A stretch of DNA of 64,000 nucleotides, taken from assembly GCA_016187335.1 (NCBI GenBank), contig JACPJW010000002.1, forward strand, positions 1-64,000, read 5' to 3'. Positions 26,290-36,120 of this stretch are shown in pieces. Under the pieces are notes generated by a model that had not been told where the DNA came from, ran no database searches, and saw only the letters and a list, made by a program, of their open reading frames with translations. The first letter of the stretch is position 1. The number at the start of each line of letters is the position of its first letter. Both the position numbers and the translations under genes were made by a program. Origin of the DNA: Candidatus Aenigmatarchaeota archaeon. GTDB taxonomy: Archaea > Aenigmatarchaeota > Aenigmatarchaeia > GW2011-AR5.

Positions 26290-27141
26290 TTACGAAAAGA
26301 ACTCGCTCTTCACTTTCTCGTAGATGTTCTCCTTGTCAAAGTAAACTATCTTCAGCGGCTCGCCCTTTTCCACGATGAAGGGCGTGTTCGGCTTTATGAA
26401 GTCGCCGCCGTGGCCGTCAATAATGAGCGAGCACTCCCCGTTCTTCACGACAACCTCCACTTTTTTGATTGCCGGGACTACAAAGGACTTTATATTGGAA
26501 TAGAAAGGGTAAAGCGGGATTATGCTTATGACGCCCAGATCGCTGTCGACTATGGGCCCTCCGGCAGAGGCGTTGTAAGCTGTGGATCCCGAAGGCGTCG
26601 AGAACATAAGGCCGTCGCCGATGAACGACATCGGGACGCCGTCTATGCGGAACTCGATATTAAGGATTTTCGAGGGCCTTTTCCTTGCGAAGACGATTTC
26701 ATTCAGCGCGTAAGGATATTCTTTGTGGAAAATCTTGTCTATGAGGCCTAGGCTGCCCTTGGCGCACTTCAGCCTTATCCTCTCGGCTATCTTGTAGTCC
26801 TTCTTGAAAATTCGCCTGATGTTTTTCATCAGTTCCTTGTACGTGATGGTGCACAGGAACCCGTGGCCTTCTATCTTCACGGGCAGAACGGGCACGGATT
26901 TTTCCAGCTGCTGTGCCGTCCACAGGAGCGTCCCGTCGCCGCCTACGGTTATAATCATGTCGCCGTCGAACTTCTTCACCGACGTGCCCTTCTTGCCCTC
27001 GCGCAGCGCCGTCGAGCGGTCAAAGTATATCTCGTCCGTGTACGCCTTCAGCTGGCCTTCAAGCTTTTTTGCCAGCTTTATGCCCAGCTTGTTCTGCTTG
27101 GCGATTATCAGGATCTTGGTTTTCTTCTTCGCTTTAGCCAT
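26290..27141 (-). CDS. nadK: NAD kinase
   Basis: TVGGDGTLL, ALNE, GDGLMFSTPSGSTAYNASAGGP. Confidence 0.95.
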   Translation of the reverse strand: MAKAKKKTKILIIAKQNKLGIKLAKKLEGQLKAYTDEIYFDRSTALREGKKGTSVKKFDGDMIITVGGDGTLLWTAQQLEKSVPVLPVKIEGHGFLCTITYKELMKNIRRIFKKDYKIAERIRLKCAKGSLGLIDKIFHKEYPYALNEIVFARKRPSKILNIEFRIDGVPMSFIGDGLMFSTPSGSTAYNASAGGPIVDSDLGVISIIPLYPFYSNIKSFVVPAIKKVEVVVKNGECSLIIDGHGGDFIKPNTPFIVEKGEPLKIVYFDKENIYEKVKSEFFS

Positions 27142-27192
27142 AAATTATGAATGAAAACGAATGGATTTAAACCATATCCGGCAATTATTCTC

Positions 27193-27741
27193 ATGCCAGT
27201 AATCGTCATTTCAGGGCAGCCCGGATGCGGCTCGTCTACAACAGCGAAGCTGCTTGCAAAGAAACTGCGCCTGAAACACTTCTCAGTGGGCGACTACAAC
27301 AAAAGTCATGTTAGGAAAGGTAGAGAAACTGAAAAGAGCATAGTAATGTGGAAGACAAGAAAGGGCGCGAGCAAAAAGTTCCATATTGATAGTGACGCCT
27401 TGGCAAAGGAATACGCAAAGAAAGGCAATATCGTCATTGACGGAAAATTGCAGATAAAGCTTGCGAAAGGCTTCTATGATTTTTCCGTCTGGCTCAAGGC
27501 ACCGAAGAAAGTAAGGGCGGAAAGGTACGCAAGGCGGGACAAGATAACGCTGAAGGAAGCTGAAAAGAAACTGAGGGAAAAAGAGAAATTGGAGAGGAAA
27601 AACTGGCTGCGCATATACGGTTTTAACTACTTCAGCCAGCAGGAAGAAGCCGACCTGGTTCTTGACACAGCTGACAAAAAGCCTGAAAAGGTTGTGGAGA
27701 TTATCATCAGAAAGCTAAGGGCTCGTGGTCTAGTGGAATGA
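27193..27741 (+). CDS. cmk: Cytidylate kinase (archaeal type)
   Basis: IVISGQPGCGSST, IVIDGKL, WLKAPKKVRAER, ADLVLDT. Confidence 0.88.
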   Translation: MPVIVISGQPGCGSSTTAKLLAKKLRLKHFSVGDYNKSHVRKGRETEKSIVMWKTRKGASKKFHIDSDALAKEYAKKGNIVIDGKLQIKLAKGFYDFSVWLKAPKKVRAERYARRDKITLKEAEKKLREKEKLERKNWLRIYGFNYFSQQEEADLVLDTADKKPEKVVEIIIRKLRARGLVE

Positions 27742-27790
27742 CGCGGCGTTCGCAACGCCGAGGCCAGGGGTTCGAATCCCCTCGAGTCCA
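27719..27790 (+). tRNA. tRNA-Ala: tRNA-Ala(CGC), intronless
   Basis: GGGCTCG/CGAGTCC with G3:U70, CGGCG-TTCGCAA-CGCCG, AGGGG-TTCGAAT-CCCCT. Confidence 0.95.
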
Positions 27791-27815
27791 TGGAATTTGA
27801 ATTTCTAAAAATAAG

Positions 27816-28463
27816 TTATACAATTTTCTCTTCCGCTTTCTTTGCCATTTCTTTTAGAAGTTCATAATCTAGAGTTCCTCCAGACATTACTAACATTTCA
27901 TAGACATTAAGTTTGCGGAATTCTATGTAATAATGAGTTCCTTTACAATCTTCTATTGGTAAAGATGAAATGTTACATACAATACGGTAAGCAAAACTTT
28001 CATCACCAATGCCTGGGTCTGATAGATCGTCTATTTGTATATAGCCATTATCTGATGAAGTTAAATTATATTTTCTTGTAAGCTCAGAAAACTTCTTCCA
28101 AGAACCGTAAAATGAATCGTCACTTTTGTTTAGTGTTTTTGTAATATTCTCAAGAGGATAAAATGATATAAGTTGTTGAATTGCTGTTGTGTCTATTAAA
28201 CTTCCTATCCTGTAATAAGTTACTCTATAACCTTTTTTCCAACCCAATCCTAAGGATTCATTGTTTAATTCAGATTTTACTCTTTCAGTTCTTTCTTTCA
28301 AAGTCCAATTTGTTGTTATTATCGGAAAATCTGATAATTGTAGTGCTAGTTCTGAAGACTCTTTGGTCGTAATTTTTTGTGCAGATTCTTGTCGTTGCTG
28401 ATTGGAAGTACATCCAGAAATAAAAATTATTGCTAAAATACAAAATATCAGTATTTTTTTCAT
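27816..28463 (-). CDS. AT-rich putative lipoprotein
   Basis: MKKILIFCILAIIFISGC lipobox-like signal; 215 aa; lies between two tRNA-Ala genes. Confidence 0.8.
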   Translation of the reverse strand: MKKILIFCILAIIFISGCTSNQQRQESAQKITTKESSELALQLSDFPIITTNWTLKERTERVKSELNNESLGLGWKKGYRVTYYRIGSLIDTTAIQQLISFYPLENITKTLNKSDDSFYGSWKKFSELTRKYNLTSSDNGYIQIDDLSDPGIGDESFAYRIVCNISSLPIEDCKGTHYYIEFRKLNVYEMLVMSGGTLDYELLKEMAKKAEEKIV

Positions 28464-28536
28464 TCTAATCTATAATTTTATGAATTTGTATTTAAATAAG
28501 GGATTAAGAATGAGAAACATAAATATTTGATTTGCT

Positions 28537-28681
28537 GGGCTGGTAGATCAACGGAAGATCGCTTGCATGGCAAGAGGAGAAACTGTAATATCCTGAAAAG
28601 GAAATGAGGGTAGAGGGAGAGAAACGTCAGTTTCTTCTCCCCTTGTGCAAGAGGCTTCGGGTTCAAATCCCGACCAGTCCA
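28537..28681 (+). tRNA. tRNA-Ala: tRNA-Ala(GGC) with canonical 37/38 intron (28573-28645)
   Basis: GGGCTGG/CCAGTCC with G3:U70; CTTGC-AT-GGC-A[intron]T-GCAAG; intron stem GAGGAGAAACTG/CAGTTTCTTCTC. Confidence 0.92.
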
Positions 28682-28683
28682 CT

Positions 28684-29298
28684 ATGAAATCCTACGACAA
28701 ATTGCAAAAACATCTCGTTATAGAGACCGAAAATGTACATAAGAAAGGTGTAAGGCACACTGGACTTTCCGGATATGTCTGCGAAAAGTTACTAATGGAA
28801 GATCTAAGAAAGGAGTTCCGTAATGTCAAGTTTGACAGAGGAATAGTAACGTTTTCGGATAAGGAAGGTCATACTTTAAGAAAAGACATGTTGACCAATC
28901 AGATAGATATAATTGGTTATCGAAAACATAAATTCAAAAAATACGACATCGTCGTTGTTCCGAATGATAAGGTTTTGTTATGCATTGAAGTAAAGAAGTG
29001 GTCTTATTATTCAGAAAAGAAACTTCGTGAAATCAAAAATAAGCTCGATAAACTCAAGAAGCGAGTTCATAGACCCATATTCTATGTCGCTTTCAGATAT
29101 CATGGAAGCTATGGCAAAAGGATAGAAAACCTGAAAAGACTAAGAAAATTTCTAAGTCCGCACAAAGTCTACGCCTTCTCAAGCGCTACGCAAAGAAACA
29201 AATACCCTGAAGAAGATAAGAACTTTAAAACTTACTATCCTCCAAGAGAAATTGAAAGATTTTTTGCAGATATTAGAGAATTAGTGGCGAGACAATGA
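28684..29298 (+). CDS. PD-(D/E)XK-fold nuclease, putative restriction endonuclease
   Basis: GYVCEKLL...NQIDIIG...CIEVKK; its stop overlaps the methyltransferase start. Confidence 0.7.
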   Translation: MKSYDKLQKHLVIETENVHKKGVRHTGLSGYVCEKLLMEDLRKEFRNVKFDRGIVTFSDKEGHTLRKDMLTNQIDIIGYRKHKFKKYDIVVVPNDKVLLCIEVKKWSYYSEKKLREIKNKLDKLKKRVHRPIFYVAFRYHGSYGKRIENLKRLRKFLSPHKVYAFSSATQRNKYPEEDKNFKTYYPPREIERFFADIRELVARQ

Positions 29299-30485
29299 AA
29301 TCTATGTCCATTATCGAAGAATCCCAGAAATACGCTGCATTGCTTGAACACAAACCCGAACTCGGTCCAGCCGCAACCTTCGTCCCGAACAAGGCGGAGC
29401 CCGTATACAACTGGCTCTACTACAAGGAAGGGTTTTCAAAGGAGCTTGTCAACTGGCTGCTGGATTATTTCAGCGCACAGCAAACCAGTGAGAATGAAAC
29501 TCAAAATCAAACAACGCCGAAGGCGTTAGACAGTTCTGAGTTTCAGTTGGTCTTAGACCCGTTCTGCGGCGTCGGCACGACCCTGCTGGCGTGCAAGCAA
29601 AAAGGAATAAATTCTATAGGCTACGACGTCCAGCCCGCAGCGGTTTTCGCTTCCATGGTCAAGACGAAAAATTATGATTTGGATGAGTTGAAGGAACAGG
29701 CAAGATTGCTGTTAAAGAAAAAGTTCATCCGCCTTGACAAAAAATTCCCGCCTCTTTTTTACAGGGCATTTTCTAAGTATGCTTTAGAAGACATTGCTTT
29801 CTTTGACAGCGAGATAAGGGAAATGGGAAACAACAACGACTTTTTCCTGCTGGCGCTCATCAACGCCGCGATCAAGTGCAGCTACGTGTGGAAGGACGGC
29901 GCTGTCATAAAAATCAGAAAGGCGCCCAAGCCGCCGCTGCGCGTGATGCTGAGAAAAACAATCTACAGGATGATAAAAGACCTGGAGGCTTCGCCTCAAA
30001 CGGGCGCGCACTGCGTCGCCGAGATGAAGGATGCAAGGCAGCTTGATCTGGAGCCGGGAATTATCGACGCAGTGATAACCTCGCCGCCCTATCTGAACAA
30101 CATTGATTACACAAAGGTATACGAAATAGAGAATTATTTCCTTGGTTATCCAAAGCCGCCGCTGCGCTCTTTCATCGGCTTTTCTGACGTTGAGGAGTTC
30201 AGCGAGCTTCCTGCGTCTGCTAGGGCGTATTTTACCGACATGAAAAAAGTCCTTTACGAGCTTTACAGAGTAAGCAAATCCAGCGCGAAGCTTGCCGTGG
30301 TTGTCGGCAACGGCTACGTTGACGGCGTTATCGTGGATAGCGACCTGCTCCTCGCAAAAATGGCCGAAGGCATGGGCTTTAATGTCGAGAAGATTTTCGT
30401 CGTAAACGAGCGCTTTGCCCTGGAAGAGCGCACGAAAAAGAAAGGAGTGCTCAGGGAAAGCATCATTGTGATGGAAAAGATTTAG
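29295..30485 (+). CDS. Site-specific amino-DNA methyltransferase (N4-C/N6-A)
   Basis: Motif I VLDPFCGVGTT and motif IV VITSPPY; YNWLYYKEGFS. Confidence 0.9.
   Translation: MKSMSIIEESQKYAALLEHKPELGPAATFVPNKAEPVYNWLYYKEGFSKELVNWLLDYFSAQQTSENETQNQTTPKALDSSEFQLVLDPFCGVGTTLLACKQKGINSIGYDVQPAAVFASMVKTKNYDLDELKEQARLLLKKKFIRLDKKFPPLFYRAFSKYALEDIAFFDSEIREMGNNNDFFLLALINAAIKCSYVWKDGAVIKIRKAPKPPLRVMLRKTIYRMIKDLEASPQTGAHCVAEMKDARQLDLEPGIIDAVITSPPYLNNIDYTKVYEIENYFLGYPKPPLRSFIGFSDVEEFSELPASARAYFTDMKKVLYELYRVSKSSAKLAVVVGNGYVDGVIVDSDLLLAKMAEGMGFNVEKIFVVNERFALEERTKKKGVLRESIIVMEKI
29495..29545. repeat. 51-nt palindromic segment, in frame inside the methyltransferase
   Basis: TGAAACTCA...AACGCC-GAA-GGCGTT...TGAGTTTCA. 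Confidence 0.6.
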
Positions 30486-30691
30486 TAACATTCTTAAAAT
30501 AGAATGAGGGTACAAGCAGTTTGACAAAAAATATAAAGTAAAATGGTTTGTCAAGCTGCTTGAGGGAGAAAAGCTTTTCTCCTCTTATGGAAAAGATTTA
30601 AGGTTGAAATAGTTAGTAAGGTCGAAAGGGAGCAGAGCGGACTTCCAATAAATTGCTCTAGCCGTTCTTTCCGCCTTGATAGAGTGATTCA

Positions 30692-31483
30692 ATGGTTAAA
30701 AACCGATTAGTCTTCCTTGGCACCGCCGGCGGGCGCCACATGGTCTTCTCGCAGGAAAGGAAAAGCGGCGGATTGTTATTGGAACTGGACGGAAAAAGGA
30801 TTGCTGTCGATCCGGGACCGGGAGCCTTGGTTCATATGCAGCGGCTGAAACTGCATCCGGAAAAAACAGACGCCGTCATGCTTTCGCACATCCACATAGA
30901 CCATTCTTCTGACGTAAACATACTGCTGGACGGCATCGAGAAACCGGTGCTCGTTGCCGAGGAGCACTGCGTCCGCAAGAAGAGCGACTACTACGAACAT
31001 CCCCGCGTTTCGAAATATCACCAGGATAAATCAAAGGTGTTCGCTGTCAGTGCTGACCAGTCCGTTGATCTTGACGGGTTGAAGATAGAAACCGCAAAAA
31101 CGAACCACACGTGTCCGTGCGTCGGCTTTGTGATTTCCGGAACAAAGAAAATCGGCTATGCTTCCGACGGCATTTATTTCAAGGGCCAGGAAAAGTATTT
31201 TGAGGGGTGCGACCTGCTGATACTGAATGTTCATATACCAAAAGGCTTTGAGACAGCGGACAAGTACATGAGCGTTGACGACGCTATCCTGTTTTTGCGC
31301 GCGATGAAAAGGAAGCCGCAGCTCACGGTGGTTACGCATATATCGTCCCTGATGCTGCGCGCAAACCTGTGGCGCCAGATAAAGATTATCAGCGAGAGCA
31401 CAGGCTGCAATGTCATCTTCGCCGAGGACTTCATGGAACTGGACCTGGGCAATCTGAGCGCGGCGCCGAGGATTCTAAAGTGA
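30692..31483 (+). CDS. MBL-fold metallo-hydrolase
   Basis: FLGTAGGR, VDPGPG, LSHIHIDHSSD, YASDG, THI. Confidence 0.9.
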   Translation: MVKNRLVFLGTAGGRHMVFSQERKSGGLLLELDGKRIAVDPGPGALVHMQRLKLHPEKTDAVMLSHIHIDHSSDVNILLDGIEKPVLVAEEHCVRKKSDYYEHPRVSKYHQDKSKVFAVSADQSVDLDGLKIETAKTNHTCPCVGFVISGTKKIGYASDGIYFKGQEKYFEGCDLLILNVHIPKGFETADKYMSVDDAILFLRAMKRKPQLTVVTHISSLMLRANLWRQIKIISESTGCNVIFAEDFMELDLGNLSAAPRILK

Positions 31484-31570
31484 ATGGAACCGAAACCTCT
31501 GATTCTTCCTTAGAAATTAAAGCTTTCTTTTCCACCTTATTATTTTAATCGCTACGCACAAGTTGATACC

Positions 31571-33970
31571 ATGCTTAAAGAAAAGAACTGGAGCAAGGAG
31601 CTGGAACTGGACATTGTCAAGAAGTGGAAGGAAGACGGTGATTACGCCTTCGCTGACAATGGAAAGCAGTTGTACAGCATAGACACTCCGCCGCCTTACG
31701 TCAACACGCCTGTGCATATCGGTCATGCGACGACGTACACGCTGATGGACATGTTCGCGCGGTTCCGCAGGATGACCGGCTTCAACGTTCTGTTCCCTCT
31801 CGGCCTTGACAGGAACGGGCTGCCCATAGAACTGGCGGCGGAGAAGCGCTTTGGTGTGACGCTTACTGACGTCAGGCGTGAAGAATTTCTCAAGATGTGC
31901 AGGCAGGTCCTGGAGGAATCAAGCGAGGCAAGCATAGATTCCTTCCTGCGGCTTGGCATTTCATTCAACAGCTGGTCCGTAGGGCCGAAGGCCGGCGACG
32001 CCTACTACACGGATTCGCCGGAATACCGCGCCCTGACGCAGTCAACATTCATTGATTTGTGGCACAAGGGGCTCATCTACGAGGACAAGCGCCTGAACAA
32101 CTACTGCCCCGGATGCAAAACGACATTAGCTGACGACGAGGTTGACCACAAGGAAGTTCCTACATCGCTGAATCACATCGTGCTGAAAATCAAGGAAACA
32201 GGCAAAGAAATTGTTATTGCAACAACGCGCCCCGAGCTTTTGTGTACGGCTGCTATTGTCATTTTCAACCCTGAAGACAGCAGGCACCAGCACCTAAGCA
32301 ACAAAACGGCAGTCATACCTTTCTACAATATTGAGGTTCCTGTGAAATCCCATCCATTCGCCGACCCTGCTTTTGGAACAGGGCTTGTATTCATGTCGCG
32401 CTCCGCGGGAGACCAGGACGCAATACGCTTTCTGCGAGAAGAGGGCATTGAGCCGCTCTCTGCCATCAATACAGAAGGCAGGATGGACGGCGTGTCAGGA
32501 TTCCTAAAGGGCATGAAGTCTGACGAAGCGAGGAAGGAAATGATAAGACGCCTTAAGGAAGAAGGCTTGCTGGTGAAGCAGGAGCAGATAATGCACAATG
32601 TTCCCATTTGCGAGCGCAGCAAGCATGTTATTGAGTACATCACGATGCCTGAGTTTTACCTGAAGCAGACCGAGTACAAGGATGAAATCCGTAGGATTGC
32701 CTACGAGATAAATTTCTTCTCGCCCAAATCCCGCCAAATCTTGCTGGACTGGATTGACTCCGTAAGCATTGACTGGGCAATATCGCGGCGCAGGTATTAC
32801 GCGACGGAAATCCCGCTGTGGTATTGCAAAAAATGTAATGAGACAATTGTCCCGCCGAAAGGAAAATACTACCAGCCCTGGCGCGAGCCGCCGCCGGACA
32901 GCATGACGCCCGAAGGGCGTCGAGTTCCTTTCAAGTGTCCTTCGTGCGGCTCTGCTGAATTCCGTGGCGAGGAGCGGGTTCTGGACACATGGTTTGATTC
33001 CTCGATATCGCCTTTATACGTCCTGCACTATCCGGAAGAATTTTTCCACAAGCATCCCGTTTGCACGCTGAGGCCGCAGGGGAAGGAAATAATACGCAAC
33101 TGGCTTTACTATACATTGCTCAGGTGCTTCCACGCAACGGGCCGAAGCATCTTCAGGGACGTCTGGATTCATTATCACGTCGTTGACGAATCAGGAAAGA
33201 AGATGAGCAAGTCCGTGGGAAATATCATAGACCCCCACGAAATCCTTGAAAGATACAGCGCCGAGCCCTTCAGGTTCTGGGCAGCCATTGAAGGCAACAT
33301 AACGTCTGATGACTTCAGGTGCTCTTTCGAGCGCATAGAAGGCGCAGGCAAGACAATAACGAAATTATGGAACGTCGCGCGCTTTGTTTCGTTGTTTGAG
33401 CGCCCCGCTGAAAAGCCGGAACTCGCTGAAACGGACAGGTGGATAATGCAGGAAATGAACGAGCTTATAGGTTTTTCACGGAGCTCTTACGAAAACTATG
33501 ATTTCCACAATCCGGCAGCAAGAATAAAGCATTTCATCTGGGAAACTTTCGCTTCGCATTACATAGAGCTGGTAAAGAGCCGCGCGTACAACAGCGCCGG
33601 CGTCTTCACGAAAGAGCAGCAACAATCAGCATTGTACACGCTGCATTACTGCCTCGACACCCTGCTGAAGCTCCTCGCGCCTGTGATTCCGATGATAACG
33701 TACAGGATATACATGGACCTTCGCGGAAAAAATATACACAAGGAGAATTTCCCTGAAACTGATGAGGAATACAAAATTCCTTTCAGCACAGCGGAACTGG
33801 AGCAATTAAACAGCGCTATATGGAAAGCAAAAAAAGATGCTTCGCTGTCGCTGAAGGCGCCCGTGAAGCTGCTGGCATTAGACGAAAAATTCCGCGTCAT
33901 CGAGCATGACCTGAAAGCCGCGCACAGCGTGCAGAAGATAGAATACGGCAAGTTCGCTGTCGAGCTTTGA
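31571..33970 (+). CDS. valS: Valine-tRNA ligase
   Basis: DTPPPY..HIGH, IATTRPELL, DWAISRRRYY, LRPQG.EII, KMSKS. Confidence 0.96.
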   Translation: MLKEKNWSKELELDIVKKWKEDGDYAFADNGKQLYSIDTPPPYVNTPVHIGHATTYTLMDMFARFRRMTGFNVLFPLGLDRNGLPIELAAEKRFGVTLTDVRREEFLKMCRQVLEESSEASIDSFLRLGISFNSWSVGPKAGDAYYTDSPEYRALTQSTFIDLWHKGLIYEDKRLNNYCPGCKTTLADDEVDHKEVPTSLNHIVLKIKETGKEIVIATTRPELLCTAAIVIFNPEDSRHQHLSNKTAVIPFYNIEVPVKSHPFADPAFGTGLVFMSRSAGDQDAIRFLREEGIEPLSAINTEGRMDGVSGFLKGMKSDEARKEMIRRLKEEGLLVKQEQIMHNVPICERSKHVIEYITMPEFYLKQTEYKDEIRRIAYEINFFSPKSRQILLDWIDSVSIDWAISRRRYYATEIPLWYCKKCNETIVPPKGKYYQPWREPPPDSMTPEGRRVPFKCPSCGSAEFRGEERVLDTWFDSSISPLYVLHYPEEFFHKHPVCTLRPQGKEIIRNWLYYTLLRCFHATGRSIFRDVWIHYHVVDESGKKMSKSVGNIIDPHEILERYSAEPFRFWAAIEGNITSDDFRCSFERIEGAGKTITKLWNVARFVSLFERPAEKPELAETDRWIMQEMNELIGFSRSSYENYDFHNPAARIKHFIWETFASHYIELVKSRAYNSAGVFTKEQQQSALYTLHYCLDTLLKLLAPVIPMITYRIYMDLRGKNIHKENFPETDEEYKIPFSTAELEQLNSAIWKAKKDASLSLKAPVKLLALDEKFRVIEHDLKAAHSVQKIEYGKFAVEL

Positions 33971-34088
33971 CTTCTTTGAAGGTATTTATTATGACCTTTA
34001 TAATTAATCAAATAATCAGATTGGGAGGGAAAGTTAGAGTTCTGGTTTCTTGAAACGACCTTTCTCTTCAACCTTGATGGTGATTATC

Positions 34089-35300
34089 ATGTCAGCCGCA
34101 GAAGAAGAAAAGATGGCGAAGATGAAGCTGAAGCTGAAAAAGCTGGTGAGAGAGCTCGCGAGAATAAGGGGCAGGCACACCGAGCTTGTCAGCGTTTACG
34201 TTCCTGCCGGCTACAACATCAACGAGATCATGAGCCAGCTTCGCAGCGAGCAGTCCACGGCAGAAAACATCAAGTCCAAGCCCGTCCGGAAGAACGTGAC
34301 AACTGCTTTGGAAAAAATCATGCGCCACCTGCAGCTGTACAAATCCACGCCTGCGAGCGGCCTTGCGCTCTTCTGCGGCAACGTCTCGGACCAGGAAGGC
34401 AAGGAAAACATGGAGATGTGGGCGATAGAGCCGCCGGAGCCCGTGAAGGTGAAGATGTACTGGTGCGACCAGAAATTTGTTACCGAACCTTTGGAGGACA
34501 TGATTGCCGAGAAGGAAATTTATGGTATCATCAATTTAGACAGGAGCGAGGCTGACATAGCATTGCTTGTCGGGAAGAAAATTGAGCCCTTGGTGCATTT
34601 TGAATCCATCGTGCCCGGAAAAACGCGCGCTGGGGGGCAATCCTCAGCCAGGTTCAGCAGGGTCCGGGAGGGCCTGCTCAACGACTGGCTGAAGCAGGTC
34701 GCCGAAGCCGCAAACAAGATATTCATGGAGAAGAAAGAAGTCATCGGCGTTATCGTTTCGGGTCCGGGGCCCGTGAAGGACATGTTCCTGAAGGAGGATT
34801 ATCTTTTCGCTGACGTCAAGAACAGGGTCATCGGCACCGTGGACACTTCCTACACAGGCGAGTTCGGCGTCGATGAAACGATACAGCGGGGAGCGGAAAT
34901 ATTCAAGGAAGCTGCGGTGATGAAGGAAAAGAAAATCCTGGAGCGTTTTTTCACGGAACTCCAGAAGCCTTACGGTCTGGCGGTTTACGGCTTTGAGCAG
35001 GTGAGGGGTGCAATAGAAGCAGGCGCAGTTGACTACGTCATCCTGAGCGAATCTCTGGAAGCAAGGGTTTTTGATTTCACGGACGAAACCGGCGCGCAGA
35101 AAACGCTGGTTTATGTTATAGGCAAGGAAGTCCCGCCCGGCTTTTCCATGGGCAGTTCCAAGGATATAGTGGAATACTTCGAGGACAAGGCAATCAGCTA
35201 CGGCTCGCGCGTTGAACTGGTGTCCAGGGATACAAGGGAAGGCGAGCAGTTCCTGCAGCTGGGCGGAATAGGCGCTATTTTAAGGTACAGGGTGTCGTGA
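34089..35300 (+). CDS. prf1: Peptide chain release factor aRF1
   Basis: GRHTELVSVY, NIKS, GGQS, GGIGAILRY. Confidence 0.97.
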   Translation: MSAAEEEKMAKMKLKLKKLVRELARIRGRHTELVSVYVPAGYNINEIMSQLRSEQSTAENIKSKPVRKNVTTALEKIMRHLQLYKSTPASGLALFCGNVSDQEGKENMEMWAIEPPEPVKVKMYWCDQKFVTEPLEDMIAEKEIYGIINLDRSEADIALLVGKKIEPLVHFESIVPGKTRAGGQSSARFSRVREGLLNDWLKQVAEAANKIFMEKKEVIGVIVSGPGPVKDMFLKEDYLFADVKNRVIGTVDTSYTGEFGVDETIQRGAEIFKEAAVMKEKKILERFFTELQKPYGLAVYGFEQVRGAIEAGAVDYVILSESLEARVFDFTDETGAQKTLVYVIGKEVPPGFSMGSSKDIVEYFEDKAISYGSRVELVSRDTREGEQFLQLGGIGAILRYRVS

Positions 35301-36007
35301 TGAAAGAAAAGGTTGACTGGTCTTATTTCCTGAAATACGCTGATATTGTGACGCCTTCCAGAAACGAACAGCTTGACACAATTGTTTCTCTTATACCTGC
35401 CAAAACCGGCGAGAAATTCACTGTTGTTGACCTGGGCTGCGGCGGCGGGCTTTTGTCAGAAAAAATACTGAAAAAATTCCCGAAATCCAAAGTCATTGCT
35501 GCGGACGTATCCGGCCTTATGCTGAAGAATGCAAGGAAAAACTTGGCTCCGTTCGGAAAAAGGGCGGAAACAAGGAAGCTCGATTTGCACGACAAAAATC
35601 TGCTTTATCACTTGCCCAAAGCAAGGTGCTTCGTTTCTTCTCTTGCTATACATCATCTTGATGCCGGAGAAAAGAAGCGGCTGTTTAAAGAGCTTTTCAA
35701 AAAACTGGACGGCAAAGGCGCAGTCCTGATAATAGATTTGGTTGAGCCGCCTTCTGGCTTGGTAAGGAAATATTTCGGCGAATCGTGGGATGAGATAGCA
35801 AAAAAACAGCTGAAAGAATCCGGAACGCGCATCTCTTTCAGGAAACTGAAATCCATCGAATGGAACCATTACTTTTATCCTGATGATTACGACAAGCCCT
35901 CGCGGCTCTTCGACCAACTGAGATGGCTTGAGGAAGCAGGCTTCAGGGAAGTTGACTGTTTCTGGATGAGGGCGGGGCATGCAGTGTTTGGCGGGTTTAA
36001 ACAGTAA
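35297..36007 (+). CDS. Class I SAM-dependent methyltransferase
   Basis: VVDLGCGGG, AADVS, SSLAIHHL. Confidence 0.9.
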   Translation: MMKEKVDWSYFLKYADIVTPSRNEQLDTIVSLIPAKTGEKFTVVDLGCGGGLLSEKILKKFPKSKVIAADVSGLMLKNARKNLAPFGKRAETRKLDLHDKNLLYHLPKARCFVSSLAIHHLDAGEKKRLFKELFKKLDGKGAVLIIDLVEPPSGLVRKYFGESWDEIAKKQLKESGTRISFRKLKSIEWNHYFYPDDYDKPSRLFDQLRWLEEAGFREVDCFWMRAGHAVFGGFKQ

Positions 36008-36120
36008 GTTTCGTGATATCATGCCAGAAGAAACGTTCCTGTCGCGTCACGCAAAGAAAAAAGGAAAGGGGCGCGAATGGGAGAAGGAGAAGTACAGGTA
36101 ATAAGAATTATTGATAAAAC

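Noticed and set aside
27193-27240. Walker A lacking Lys (GQPGCGSST) as a sign of inactive Cmk
   Set aside because: Archaeal Cmk commonly has Thr/Ser at this position
27719-28681. att-flanked integrated element between the two tRNA-Ala genes
   Set aside because: The two 3' ends are not identical repeats and no integrase is present
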